A stretch of 64,000 bases of DNA from an uncultured Actinomycetes bacterium (GCA_963742625.1 CAVUMO010000001.1:234138-298137), one strand, 5' to 3'; counted from the first letter of the stretch, positions 29,415 to 37,951 are shown. Program-made: numbers and translations. The notes: generated by a model from the letters alone, not told the origin.

Positions 29415-29668
29415 CTTCGCGAAGCGGGGATCCGCAGGAGCGGATCCCCGCCGCGAACCCCCCGCCTGCGGCGGGGTACACCCCTGAAGCGGCCTGCTTC
29501 GCGGCCGACACCACGCAGAAGCGGATCCCCGCCGCGAAACCCCCCGCCTGCGGCCGGGTACACCCCTGAAGCGGCCTGCTTCGCGGCCGACACCACGCAG
29601 AAGCGGATCCCCGCCGCGAAACCCCCCGCCTGCGGCCGGGTACACCCCTGAAGCGGCCTGCTTCGCGG
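29415..29668 (+). repeat. three head-to-tail copies (82-bp period) of a TIR-bounded double-hairpin repeat
   Basis: GCGGATCCCC recurs at 29440, 29521 and 29603. A perfect hairpin GCGGGGATCCGC-AGGA-GCGGATCCCCGC lies at 29424-29451. CCCCGCC-TGC-GGC(G/C)GGG occurs in each unit. Units are joined at CTTCGCG(G). Confidence 0.85.
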
Positions 29669-29798
29669 CCGGGAACCTCAACGGAGGTCCGTGGTCAGGA
29701 ATGACCACGTAACGCGTTGGGCAGGTTGGTCGGTCCGTGCGATGTCGGCGAACGGCTCGCGTCCTACGGTGGCTGCGAGATCGTCGAGAGGAGGAGTC

Positions 29799-30962
29799 AT
29801 GGCAGCGCAACGGACGGAACGGGTCGAGACGGTCGTCGTCGGCGGAGGGCAGGCCGGCCTTGCGGTGGGATACCACCTCGCGCGGCGGAACCGCCCGTTC
29901 GTGATCCTCGACGCGAACGAGCGAGTCGGCGACTCCTGGCGGAAGCGCTGGCCATCGCTCCGGCTCTACTCGCCCGCGGTCGTCGACGGGCTGCCGGGGA
30001 TGCGCTTCCCGGGGCCGAAGTACGCCTACCCGCTGGGGCTCGAGATGGCGGAGTACCTCGAGACGTACGCCGAGCGCTTCGCGCTCCCCGTCGTGAACGG
30101 CGTCCGGGCCGACAGACTCGACCGCGACGACGGTGGATACGTCATTGCGGCCGGCGACCGGCGCTTCGAGGCGGACAACGTCGTCCTCGCGACGGGGGTC
30201 TTCCAGCACGAGCATCCGGTGACGCCGTCCTTCGCCGGCGAGCTCGACCCCGCGATCGGACTGCTCCACTCCGCCGACTACCGCGGGCCCGAGCAGCTCC
30301 GCGACGGCCCGGTGCTCGTCGTCGGCGCCTCGCACTCCGGCGGGGACATCGCGTACGAGCTCGCGAAGGCCGGGTTCACGACGCTCCTCTCCGGACCGGA
30401 CACGGGCCAGTTCCCGCTCAACATCCACAGCCGCTTCGCGCCGCTCGTCTTCCCGCTCCTGCGGTTCGCCGCGACGCGGCTGCTCACGGTCTCGACGCCG
30501 CTCGGCCGCAAGGCGCGGCCGCATATCCGCGGGCACGGCGGGCCCCTCATTCGCGTGAAGAAGCGCGACCTCGAGTTGGCCGGCGTCGAGCGCGTGTACG
30601 AGCACACGACCGGGGTCGTGGACGGCAAGCCGCAGCTCGCCGGCGGGCGGATCGTCGACGTCGCACAGGTCGTGTGGTGCACGGGATTCCGAAACGACTA
30701 CGGCTGGATCCGGTGCGCGCTCCCGGAGGACGAGGACGGCTATCCGGCACAGAAGCGCGGCGCGGTCGCCGCCTCGCCCGGCCTGTACTTCGTCGGGCTG
30801 CCCTTCCTGCACTCGTTCAGCTCGATGCTGATCCTCGGCGCCGGACGGGACGGCGAGCGGGTCGCGAGCCAGATCGCCGCTCGGGCACGGGAACGCGAGA
30901 AGGGCACGAAGCGGGCGCGGCGGGCCAATGCCGGGAGGGTTGCCGCCAGGCCGGGGGAATAG
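29799..30962 (+). CDS. flavin-dependent monooxygenase / NAD(P)-binding oxidoreductase (CzcO-like)
   Basis: VVVGGGQAGLAVG (FAD) and VVGASHSGGDIA (NADPH) motifs. ATG at 29799 follows GAGAGGAGGAG. It is adjacent to a CDF transporter. Confidence 0.8.
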   Translation: MAAQRTERVETVVVGGGQAGLAVGYHLARRNRPFVILDANERVGDSWRKRWPSLRLYSPAVVDGLPGMRFPGPKYAYPLGLEMAEYLETYAERFALPVVNGVRADRLDRDDGGYVIAAGDRRFEADNVVLATGVFQHEHPVTPSFAGELDPAIGLLHSADYRGPEQLRDGPVLVVGASHSGGDIAYELAKAGFTTLLSGPDTGQFPLNIHSRFAPLVFPLLRFAATRLLTVSTPLGRKARPHIRGHGGPLIRVKKRDLELAGVERVYEHTTGVVDGKPQLAGGRIVDVAQVVWCTGFRNDYGWIRCALPEDEDGYPAQKRGAVAASPGLYFVGLPFLHSFSSMLILGAGRDGERVASQIAARAREREKGTKRARRANAGRVAARPGE

Positions 30963-32316
30963 CCTTCGCGGCGTGTCGCCGCTCCGCCGCACCGCGCTCG
31001 CGTCGGTCGTCGCCGCGATCTGCCTCATCGCGATCAAGCTCGTCACGGGGCTCGCCGCGGGCAGCCTCGGGCTCGTCGCGGACGCGGCGCACTCCGGCAC
31101 GGACCTCGTCGCCGCGCTGCTGACGCTCTTCGCGGTCGGCGTCGCGACGAGGCCGGCCGACCAGGGCCACCTCTACGGGCACGGCAAGGCGGAGCACCTC
31201 GCGGCGCTCGCCGAAGCCGCGTTCCTCGCGCTCGTCTCGGTCGGCATCGGCGCGCTCGCCGTCGCGCGGCTGGCCGGATGGATCGAGCTCGACGTCGAGC
31301 CGGCCTGGTGGGCGTTCGCCGCTCTCGGCGTGGTTGCCGCGATCGACCTCGCGCGGACGATCGTCTCGTACCGCACCGCGCGGCGCTACGCGAGCGCGGC
31401 GTTGCTCTCCAACGCGATCCACTTCGGCTCGGACCTCGTGTCGACGATCGCGGTGCTCTGCGGGCTCGTCGCCGCGCGCGCGGGCTTTCCCGAGGGCGAC
31501 TCGATTGCCGCGCTGTTCGTCGCCGTGCTCGTCATCGCGGCGGCGGCCCGGCTCGCGCGCCGGAACGTCGACGTGCTGATGGACCGGGCACCGGCCGATG
31601 CAGTCGAGGCGGCCCGCGATGCGATCGCTCGGCTCGACCCACCCGTCGAGGTGCGCCGGCTGCGGCTGCGGCAGGCCGCGGGGCGGACGTTCGCGGACGT
31701 CGTGATCGGCGTGTCGCCGGGCGCCGCTGTCGGTCAGGGGCATGCAGCCGCCGACCGGGTCGAGGACGCTGTCCACCGGGCCCTGCCGGAAAGCGACGTC
31801 GTCGTCCACGTCGAGCCGACCGGCGACGAGGCGGAGCTACGCGAGCGCGTCCGCGCTGCGGGGATGACCGTCGCCTCCGTGCGCGAGCTCCACGACCTGA
31901 CGCTGATCGACACGCCCCGCGGGATCGAGGTGTCGCTGCACCTCAAGCTGCCGGGAGAGCTCGACCTCGCGGCTGCGCACGCGCTGGCCGAGGAGGTCGA
32001 GCAGCAGATCCGGCGGGCCGCGCCCGAGGTGTGCGACGTCCAGACCCACCTCGAGCCGCTGGCCGAGCCGACTCCTGGTCGCCCGCTCGGCCACGAGCCG
32101 TCGGAGATCGGCGAGGTCGTCGCGGGTGTGACCGGCGGTGCCCCGCGCAAAGTGCGCACGCTCGACACCGACGACGGCCTTGTCGTCCTCGTCACCCTGG
32201 CGCTCGACGGCGAGACGTCCCTCGCGGCAGCGCACGACGAGGCGAGCGTGGTCGAGGAGAAGATCCGCGCGGCGCTGCCCGACGTCGCGGACGTCGTCGT
32301 CCACACCGAGCCGTGA
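30928..32316 (+). CDS. cation diffusion facilitator transporter with three tandem C-terminal cytoplasmic domains
   Basis: TM core with HSGTDLVA and NAIHFGSDLV, followed by three successive alpha/beta modules ending VVVHVEP, VQTHLEP and VVVHTEP. An alternative GTG start is at 30973. Confidence 0.8.
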   Translation: MPGGLPPGRGNSLRGVSPLRRTALASVVAAICLIAIKLVTGLAAGSLGLVADAAHSGTDLVAALLTLFAVGVATRPADQGHLYGHGKAEHLAALAEAAFLALVSVGIGALAVARLAGWIELDVEPAWWAFAALGVVAAIDLARTIVSYRTARRYASAALLSNAIHFGSDLVSTIAVLCGLVAARAGFPEGDSIAALFVAVLVIAAAARLARRNVDVLMDRAPADAVEAARDAIARLDPPVEVRRLRLRQAAGRTFADVVIGVSPGAAVGQGHAAADRVEDAVHRALPESDVVVHVEPTGDEAELRERVRAAGMTVASVRELHDLTLIDTPRGIEVSLHLKLPGELDLAAAHALAEEVEQQIRRAAPEVCDVQTHLEPLAEPTPGRPLGHEPSEIGEVVAGVTGGAPRKVRTLDTDDGLVVLVTLALDGETSLAAAHDEASVVEEKIRAALPDVADVVVHTEP

Positions 32317-32434
32317 CCTCGGCCTGACGCCTCCGGGTCGCTGAGCGTGCCGGGCCGGAGGGGATAGTGCGAGAGCACAGACCCGGAAGGCACGGCGCGC
32401 TCGGCGACGTCAGGCGGGCGGAGCCGGGCTCCGA

Positions 32435-32452
32435 CCGGCGGGAGGCCGCCGG
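32435..32452 (-). terminator. putative terminator hairpin
   Basis: CCGGCGG-GAGG-CCGCCGG, 10 nt downstream of the stop at 32462. Confidence 0.35.
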
Positions 32453-32461
32453 CCGGTGGCG

Positions 32462-32755
32462 TCAGGGCTCGCGCATGAACCCTTGGCGGGCCGCCGACAC
32501 CAGCGCGACTGCCTCCGGGAAGAGCACGCGCATCGCGTCGCGGAGCTGCATCGCCTGCTCGTCGGCGGAGCCGGCGGCGTTGATCTGCGAGAGGGCTGCC
32601 TGGGTGAGCTCGACCGCCGTGTTGAGGGTGAGCGTCGCGAACTGCTCGCGCTGCGCGTCCTTGACACCCTCCGCCTGCTGCTCGGCGAACTCGCGCAGGC
32701 CACGGAGGATCTCCTCGGGGTCGCCTCCGAATGGGAGAAAGCCTCCGCCTTCCAC
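32462..32755 (-). CDS. hypothetical helical protein (97 aa)
   Basis: Balanced, non-shadow composition (MEGGGFLPFGGDPEEILRGLREFAEQQAEGV...). It lies 9 nt downstream of the preceding gene. Confidence 0.5.
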   Translation of the reverse strand: MEGGGFLPFGGDPEEILRGLREFAEQQAEGVKDAQREQFATLTLNTAVELTQAALSQINAAGSADEQAMQLRDAMRVLFPEAVALVSAARQGFMREP

Positions 32756-32764
32756 GTCTCCAGG

Positions 32765-33316
32765 CTACTCGAGCCTGGCGAGGTAGGCGGCCTCGACGTC
32801 GCGCCACAACGCGTCCGCAACCTCGACTGCGCTGCGCATCGCGCCGGTGAACGGCGAGGGAGCGGAGGGGTCGAGCGCGCGCTCGAGCCGCCGCGCAGCC
32901 TCGCCGATCGCGTCGAGCCGGGCGGGTGCAGCGACCTGTGGCGGCGAGCCGATCACGTGCTGGAGCGCGAGCGCCGCGTCCTCGGCCTCCTCGATCCCCT
33001 CGGGGTCCTCGGTCAGGCGGAGGGCCACGAGCTGCCCGCGGAGCTCGTCGAGGTCGCCCGGGAACGCCGCCTCCTCGGCGACCTCGCAGAGCACCGCGAT
33101 CGAGACGGCGTCGCGGACGTCGCGTCGTTCCCGGACGGCCCGTCCTGCGTCGTCGAGCACGAGCCATGCCCTGGCACCTTCGGCGTCCTCGAAGGCGCAG
33201 ACATATCGCCGCGCGCCCGCCGATGGCTCGGCAGGGAGCACCGCGGCCAGTCGGCGGCCGTCCGCCATGGCCCCTGCCGACGCCGCGGTCCGCTCGAGCT
33301 CGTCCGCCAGGGCCAC
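32765..33316 (-). CDS. hypothetical protein (183 aa)
   Basis: The protein-like part of ORF 32765..33415 from GTG 33316 (VALADELERTAASAG...). It is divergent from the methyltransferase gene. Confidence 0.5.
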   Translation of the reverse strand: MALADELERTAASAGAMADGRRLAAVLPAEPSAGARRYVCAFEDAEGARAWLVLDDAGRAVRERRDVRDAVSIAVLCEVAEEAAFPGDLDELRGQLVALRLTEDPEGIEEAEDAALALQHVIGSPPQVAAPARLDAIGEAARRLERALDPSAPSPFTGAMRSAVEVADALWRDVEAAYLARLE

Positions 33317-33333
33317 CGTGCCAGGATAGGGCG

Positions 33334-34029
33334 ATGTCCGCGGAACACACGCGCGCGCGACAGGCGCAGGAGCTGTTCGCGCCCCTCGGGCCGCGGTACG
33401 ACCGGATGGGCGCACTCCTCTCGTTCGGACAGGATCCGCGCTGGCGGCGCTTCATGGTCGACCGGCTCCCGCGGGACGGCGGGCAGGTCCTCGACGTCGC
33501 GACCGGGACGGGCCTGGTCGCGGAGCGGCTCCTGGGGCGCGGCTTTCGGGTCACCGGCCTCGACCAGAGCCCGGGGATGCTTGCGCACGCGCGGGCGCGG
33601 TTCGGGGGCCGGGTCGAGCTCGTCGAGGGATCGGCCGACGAGCTGCCGTTCCCCGACGGGTCGTTCGACCACCTGACGTTCACGTACCTCCTGCGCTACG
33701 TGGACGACCCGGGCGCGACCCTCGTCGAGCTGTCCCGCGTCGTCAGCCCGGGCGGAACGGTCGCGATGGTCGAGTTCGGACTGCCGCGCGGGCTCTGGCG
33801 GCCTCCGTGGGACGTCTGGGTGGGAGCCGGCCTGCCGCTCGCGGGACGCCTCGTCTCGCCGGGCTGGCACGAGGTCGGCCGCTTCCTCGGCCCGTCGATC
33901 CGGGACTTCCACGCGCGATTCCCCGAGGCCGCGCTGCTCGAGCTCTGGCGGCGCGCCGGGATCGGCGGCGTCTCGCAGCGTCGGATGAGCTTCGGCGCGG
34001 GGCTCGTCGTCTGGGGACGGCGCACATGA
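33334..34029 (+). CDS. class I SAM-dependent methyltransferase (UbiE/MenG-like)
   Basis: MSAEHTRARQAQELF...YDRMGALLSFGQDPRWRR, motif I VLDVATGTG, and FDHLTFTYLLRYV. Confidence 0.8.
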   Translation: MSAEHTRARQAQELFAPLGPRYDRMGALLSFGQDPRWRRFMVDRLPRDGGQVLDVATGTGLVAERLLGRGFRVTGLDQSPGMLAHARARFGGRVELVEGSADELPFPDGSFDHLTFTYLLRYVDDPGATLVELSRVVSPGGTVAMVEFGLPRGLWRPPWDVWVGAGLPLAGRLVSPGWHEVGRFLGPSIRDFHARFPEAALLELWRRAGIGGVSQRRMSFGAGLVVWGRRT

Positions 34030-34751
34030 GCCGCCCGGCGCCCGCGTTCTACGCCGTCGGGGGCGGCGGGGCGCGGGACTACGTCACGCTGCTCCACCCG
34101 CCATACACGGCCTGGCATCTCTCGTACGCCGTCGTCGGCGGCTGCCTCGCGACCGTCGTCGACTGGTGGGTGCTCGGGCTCACAGTGCTCGCGTTCGCGC
34201 TCGCGATGGGGATCGGCGCACACGCACTCGACGAGCTCAACGGCCGTCCCCTCCGGACGAGCATCCCCTCCCGGGTGCTCGTCGCCCTGGCGATCGTCTC
34301 GGTCGCGGCGGCAGCGGCGATCGGCATCGCAGTCGCGTTCGCGGAGACGCTCTGGATCCTCCCGCTCGTCGCGATCGGCGCCGCGCTCGTGCCCGCCTAC
34401 AACCTCGAGCTGCTCAGCGGCCGGGTCCACACCGACCTCGGGTTCGGGCTCGCCTGGGGCGCGTTCCCGCTGGTGACGGCGTACGTCGCCCAGACCGGCG
34501 CGTTCAGGGTCGAGACGGTCTTCGCGGCCGCGTGGGCGACGCTTCTCTCGCTCGCACAGCGCCGGCTTTCGCACCAGGCGCGGCGGCTTCGACGCCGGGC
34601 GACCGAGGTCGACGGCCGGCTCGTCCTCGAGGACGGGACCGTCGAGCCGCTCACTCGGGCGACGCTGCTCGAGGCGCCCGAGGCCGCTCTCCGCCTGCTC
34701 GCGGCCGCGACCGTCGTCCTCGCAGCGGGTCTCGTCGCGCTCCGGGTCTGA
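34026..34751 (+). CDS. polytopic membrane protein, hypothetical
   Basis: ATGA-coupled to the methyltransferase. It has multiple hydrophobic segments and contains GIGAHALDELNGRP. Confidence 0.55.
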   Translation: MSRPAPAFYAVGGGGARDYVTLLHPPYTAWHLSYAVVGGCLATVVDWWVLGLTVLAFALAMGIGAHALDELNGRPLRTSIPSRVLVALAIVSVAAAAAIGIAVAFAETLWILPLVAIGAALVPAYNLELLSGRVHTDLGFGLAWGAFPLVTAYVAQTGAFRVETVFAAAWATLLSLAQRRLSHQARRLRRRATEVDGRLVLEDGTVEPLTRATLLEAPEAALRLLAAATVVLAAGLVALRV

Positions 34752-34764
34752 GTACCCTGCACCG

Positions 34765-35679
34765 ATGGCAGCGTGGATCCTCGCCGGGTGCCTCGCCGGC
34801 GCGCTCGCCCTCGCGGCGCTCCTCTGGCTCGCGCTGCGTCACGCTCGCGCGTCGTCGACCGCCACCGACGCGCTCGTCGCGCAGGCGCGGACCGCCGTTC
34901 GTGAGGCGGTCGAGGCCGAGACCTCGGCGCACGCCGAGGAGATTCGCCGCGTGCTCGCCCGCGAGCGCGCCAACACCGCGGCGCTGCTCGGCGCGGAGGA
35001 GCGCCGGCTCGCCGAGGAGCGCCGGGTCGAGTTCGAGGAGCGGGTGCGCCTCTCGAGCGAGCGGCTCGCGGACGAGCTCACCCGCGGCGAGCGGCGGCTC
35101 GAGGAGCGGCTGCGCGGCTTCTCGGAGGACCTCGAGCGCGCCCAGCGCCACCTCGAGGCGCAGCTGGCGCGGCTCGAGCAGCAGAACCGCCAGGCCATCG
35201 CGGACGTCGAGGCGCGGCTCGAGCGGGAAGCAGGCGAGCTCGGCTCGACAGCGGACGGGCAGCGGAAGACCGTCCTCCGCCTACGCGAGGAGCTCGAGCG
35301 GGCCGCCGGCCAGGCGGTCAGCGAGGCGCTCGACGAGCTCGAGGCCCAGACCTTCGAGCGGCGCCGCGCGATCGAGGAGACAACGGAGCGGTTGCGCGCG
35401 CGCGAGACGGCGATCGCGGAGTCGATCGAGCAGGGCGAGTCAGACGTGCGCGCCCGGCTCGATGTCGTGCTCGTCGAGTGGGAGCGGCGCCAGACCGAGC
35501 GGCTCAGACGCGTGACAGAGCGCGAGGTCGAGCGGCACGCCCAGATGGCGATGATCGCGCTCGACGAGCGGCTTCGCGAGGCCCGCGAGGAGGCTGCAAC
35601 GCGCCTCCAACGCGAGCTCGACCGCGCGGTCGAGCTGCTCGCGCGCAACGAGCTGGCCCAACGGCTCGACACTCGTTAG
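34765..35679 (+). CDS. membrane-anchored coiled-coil protein
   Basis: An N-terminal TM segment followed by about 270 aa of E/R/A/L-rich heptad-like sequence. Confidence 0.6.
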   Translation: MAAWILAGCLAGALALAALLWLALRHARASSTATDALVAQARTAVREAVEAETSAHAEEIRRVLARERANTAALLGAEERRLAEERRVEFEERVRLSSERLADELTRGERRLEERLRGFSEDLERAQRHLEAQLARLEQQNRQAIADVEARLEREAGELGSTADGQRKTVLRLREELERAAGQAVSEALDELEAQTFERRRAIEETTERLRARETAIAESIEQGESDVRARLDVVLVEWERRQTERLRRVTEREVERHAQMAMIALDERLREAREEAATRLQRELDRAVELLARNELAQRLDTR

Positions 35680-35747
35680 GACTTTGTGCGACGCCCAACT
35701 TTCGAGGGGAGGGATCGTCAGAGCCAGAACGAACAACCGGGCAACCT

Positions 35748-35951
35748 GTGGCCGAGACGATCGAAACAACCGTGTGGCGCGAGGACGAGCAGTCCAAAGT
35801 GGAGAGCTGGCGCCTGCACGTGCTGATCGAAGCCGGGTTCCCACTGCCCCTCGCGGAGCGCATCGCGGTGAGCGAGGCCGACCTCCACACCGCCGTCGAG
35901 CTCGTCTCGCAGGGCTGCACGCCGGTGACGGCGGCCGAGATCCTGCTCTAG
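35748..35951 (+). CDS. small hypothetical protein (67 aa)
   Basis: VAETIETTVWREDEQSKVESWRLHVLIEAGFPLPLAERIAV... Non-shadow composition, preceded by a relatively AT-rich spacer. Confidence 0.45.
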   Translation: MAETIETTVWREDEQSKVESWRLHVLIEAGFPLPLAERIAVSEADLHTAVELVSQGCTPVTAAEILL

Positions 35952-35977
35952 CGCACACCGGGCAATAGGCTCCCGGA

Positions 35978-37126
35978 GTGGAGCCGGAGCCGGCAGCCGA
36001 GCGCAAGGTCTATTCCGTCTCCGCCTTCAACCGGCGGCTCGCGGGATACGTCGGGCGGGTGCGGGAGGTGTGGGTCGAAGGCGAGGTCGCCGAGCTGCGG
36101 CGCAACCCGGCGTGGGCGACGGTGTTCCTCACACTCAAGGACGCGCAGAGCGGCGCGTCGCTCTCGGCGACGATGCAGCGGCCCCGGTTCGACCTGATCG
36201 AGCCCGCGCTCACGGAGGGCGAGCGGGTGCAGGCGAACGGCGGGCTCCAGCTCTACGAGGCGCGGGGCGAGCTGAGCTTCCGCGTCGTCGCGCTCGAGCG
36301 CGTCGGCGCGGGCGACCACGCGGCGCGGCTCGCCGAGCTGCGGAGGAGGCTCGCCGCCGAGGGTCTCTTCGCGCCGGAGCGCAAGCGCCCGCTCCCTCGC
36401 TTCCCGCGTGCCGTGGGGCTGCTCACCGGCGCCGACGCGGCAGCGCGCGGCGACGTGATCGCGGCGATCACGACGCGCTACCCCGCCGTCCGGCTCGTCG
36501 TCGCGGAGACGCGCGTCCAGGGCCCGTTCGCCGTCGGCGCGATCACCTCGACGCTCGCGCGGCTCGCTGCGTGCGAGGGCATCGACGTCGTGATCCTCGC
36601 GCGCGGCGGAGGGAGCTTCGAGGATCTCCTTCCGTTCAGCGACGAGAGGGTCGTCCGCGCGGTCGCGGCGTGCCCCGTGCCGATCGTCTCCGCCGTCGGG
36701 CACGAGCAGGACGAGCCGCTCTGCGACCTCGCCGCCGACGTCCGTGCGCCGACCCCGACCGCCGCTGCGCGGCTCGTCGTGCCCGACCTCGACGAGCTCC
36801 GCTCGGGCCTCGGCCGGGCGCGGCAACGTCTCGGGGCCGGGATGCTGCGCACACTCGAGCGGGAGCGTGGCCGGCTTGCCCGGAGCCGCGAGCGGCTCAC
36901 GGCCGCGCCCGGGCTGCTGCTCGAGCGGCGCCGCGCGGCGCTCGATCGCGCCGCCGCCCGGCTCCAGGCGCTGTCCCCGCGGGCGACGCTCCAGCGGGGC
37001 TACGCGATCGTTCGCGCTGGCGACGGCGTCCTCCGCGATGCGACAGCCGTCGTCGAAGGCGCGCGCATCGAGGTCGAGCTGGCGCGCGGAGCGCTCGGCG
37101 CCCGTGTCGAGGACGTGCGGCCGTGA
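35978..37126 (+). CDS. xseA: exodeoxyribonuclease VII large subunit
   Basis: OB-fold N-terminus (VYSVSAFNRRLAGYV...VWVEGEV) and the catalytic region ARGGGSFEDL. It is followed by xseB. Confidence 0.93.
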   Translation: MEPEPAAERKVYSVSAFNRRLAGYVGRVREVWVEGEVAELRRNPAWATVFLTLKDAQSGASLSATMQRPRFDLIEPALTEGERVQANGGLQLYEARGELSFRVVALERVGAGDHAARLAELRRRLAAEGLFAPERKRPLPRFPRAVGLLTGADAAARGDVIAAITTRYPAVRLVVAETRVQGPFAVGAITSTLARLAACEGIDVVILARGGGSFEDLLPFSDERVVRAVAACPVPIVSAVGHEQDEPLCDLAADVRAPTPTAAARLVVPDLDELRSGLGRARQRLGAGMLRTLERERGRLARSRERLTAAPGLLLERRRAALDRAAARLQALSPRATLQRGYAIVRAGDGVLRDATAVVEGARIEVELARGALGARVEDVRP

Positions 37127-37350
37127 GCGACGAGCAGACGTTCGAGGAGCTGCAACGCGAGCTCGACGAGCTCGTCGCGCGACTCGAGCGCGGCGAGGTG
37201 ACGCTCGACGAGGCGCTCGCGCTCTACGAGCGGGGCGACGAGCTCCATCGGGCGCTCGCGGAGCGGCTCGACCGAGCGCAGTTGACGATCGAGGAGCTGC
37301 GCTCCGAAGGCGCGAGCGACCCCCGTGACAGCGCTCCCCCGGACGGGTAA
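37123..37350 (+). CDS. xseB: exodeoxyribonuclease VII small subunit
   Basis: 75 aa: FEELQRELDELVARLERGEVTLDEALALYERG. GTGA overlap with xseA. Confidence 0.9.
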   Translation: MSDEQTFEELQRELDELVARLERGEVTLDEALALYERGDELHRALAERLDRAQLTIEELRSEGASDPRDSAPPDG

Positions 37351-37361
37351 GGTCGCGCCTG

Positions 37362-37772
37362 ATGGCAAAGCCGAGCGCAGACCTGATCCGCGGCATCCCG
37401 ATGTTCTCGGAGCTCGACGACTCGTCGATCAACCAGCTCGCAGACGACTTCATGGAGCGCGACTTCTCCGCGGGCCAGTCGATGGCGACCGAGGGAGAGG
37501 GTGGGCTCAACTTCTTCGTCGTCGAGAGCGGGACCGCCGACGTGTTGGTGGGCGGCGACGTGGTCGGCACGCTCGGCCCCGGCGCATCCTTCGGCGAGGT
37601 CGCGCTCGTCGACAAGTCCGCCCGCTCCGCGACGGTCACCGCCACGTCGGCGGTCCGGGCGTACGGCCTGCCTGTCTGGAGCTTCAGGAGCTTCGCGGAG
37701 GCCCGGCCCGTCGTCCTCTGGAAGCTGCTCGAGCTGCTGGCCGAGCGTCTCCGCGCCGCCGAGCACCGTTAA
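37362..37772 (+). CDS. stand-alone cyclic nucleotide-binding domain protein
   Basis: IPMFSELD..., FFVVESGTADV, and GPGASFGEVALVDKSARSATV (the cNMP phosphate-binding cassette). Confidence 0.85.
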   Translation: MAKPSADLIRGIPMFSELDDSSINQLADDFMERDFSAGQSMATEGEGGLNFFVVESGTADVLVGGDVVGTLGPGASFGEVALVDKSARSATVTATSAVRAYGLPVWSFRSFAEARPVVLWKLLELLAERLRAAEHR

Positions 37773-37935
37773 GTGTCCCTTCAGGCAACGCACTCCAGGT
37801 CCCTCGCGCGCGATCCGCGGCGCCATGCGTCGTCCTCGGTCGCCCCGATACCTTCTGGTATCGGGACTCCCTGCGTCCTAGCCTGGCTTGCGGCTCACAC
37901 GCGAGGAACGAGGTCGCATCACCTGAAGGGACACT
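37772..37935 (+). other. intergenic element/leader bounded by 14-bp inverted repeats, upstream of the ECF sigma gene
   Basis: AGTGTCCCTTCAGG (37772-37785) is the perfect reverse complement of CCTGAAGGGACACT (37922-37935). An internal hairpin CCCGATACC-TTCT-GGTATCGGG lies at 37844-37865, and CCTCGCG (37802-37808) pairs with CGCGAGG (37900-37906). The right arm abuts the AGGAG Shine-Dalgarno. Confidence 0.6.
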
Positions 37936-37951
37936 AGGAGCCCGCGGGGCG

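Noticed and set aside
28682-29596. ORFs translating through the repeat arrays (for example 29305..29514, the N-terminus of 51890..53704, the N-terminus of 47401..48486)
   Set aside because: Their peptide repeats (GGDPLLR..., GVYPAAGGGF...) simply mirror the DNA repeats, and they are antisense to or overlap real genes.
29415-29668. CRISPR array hypothesis for the tandem repeats
   Set aside because: The whole 82-bp period is repeated with no unique spacers. No cas genes are nearby, and related copies occur singly elsewhere.
37772-37935. 6S RNA or a known riboswitch identity for the IR-bounded spacer
   Set aside because: The long closing stem is suggestive, but I could not build the extended irregular helix with a central bubble expected of 6S RNA, nor recognise any riboswitch core. 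I kept it only as an unassigned structured element.
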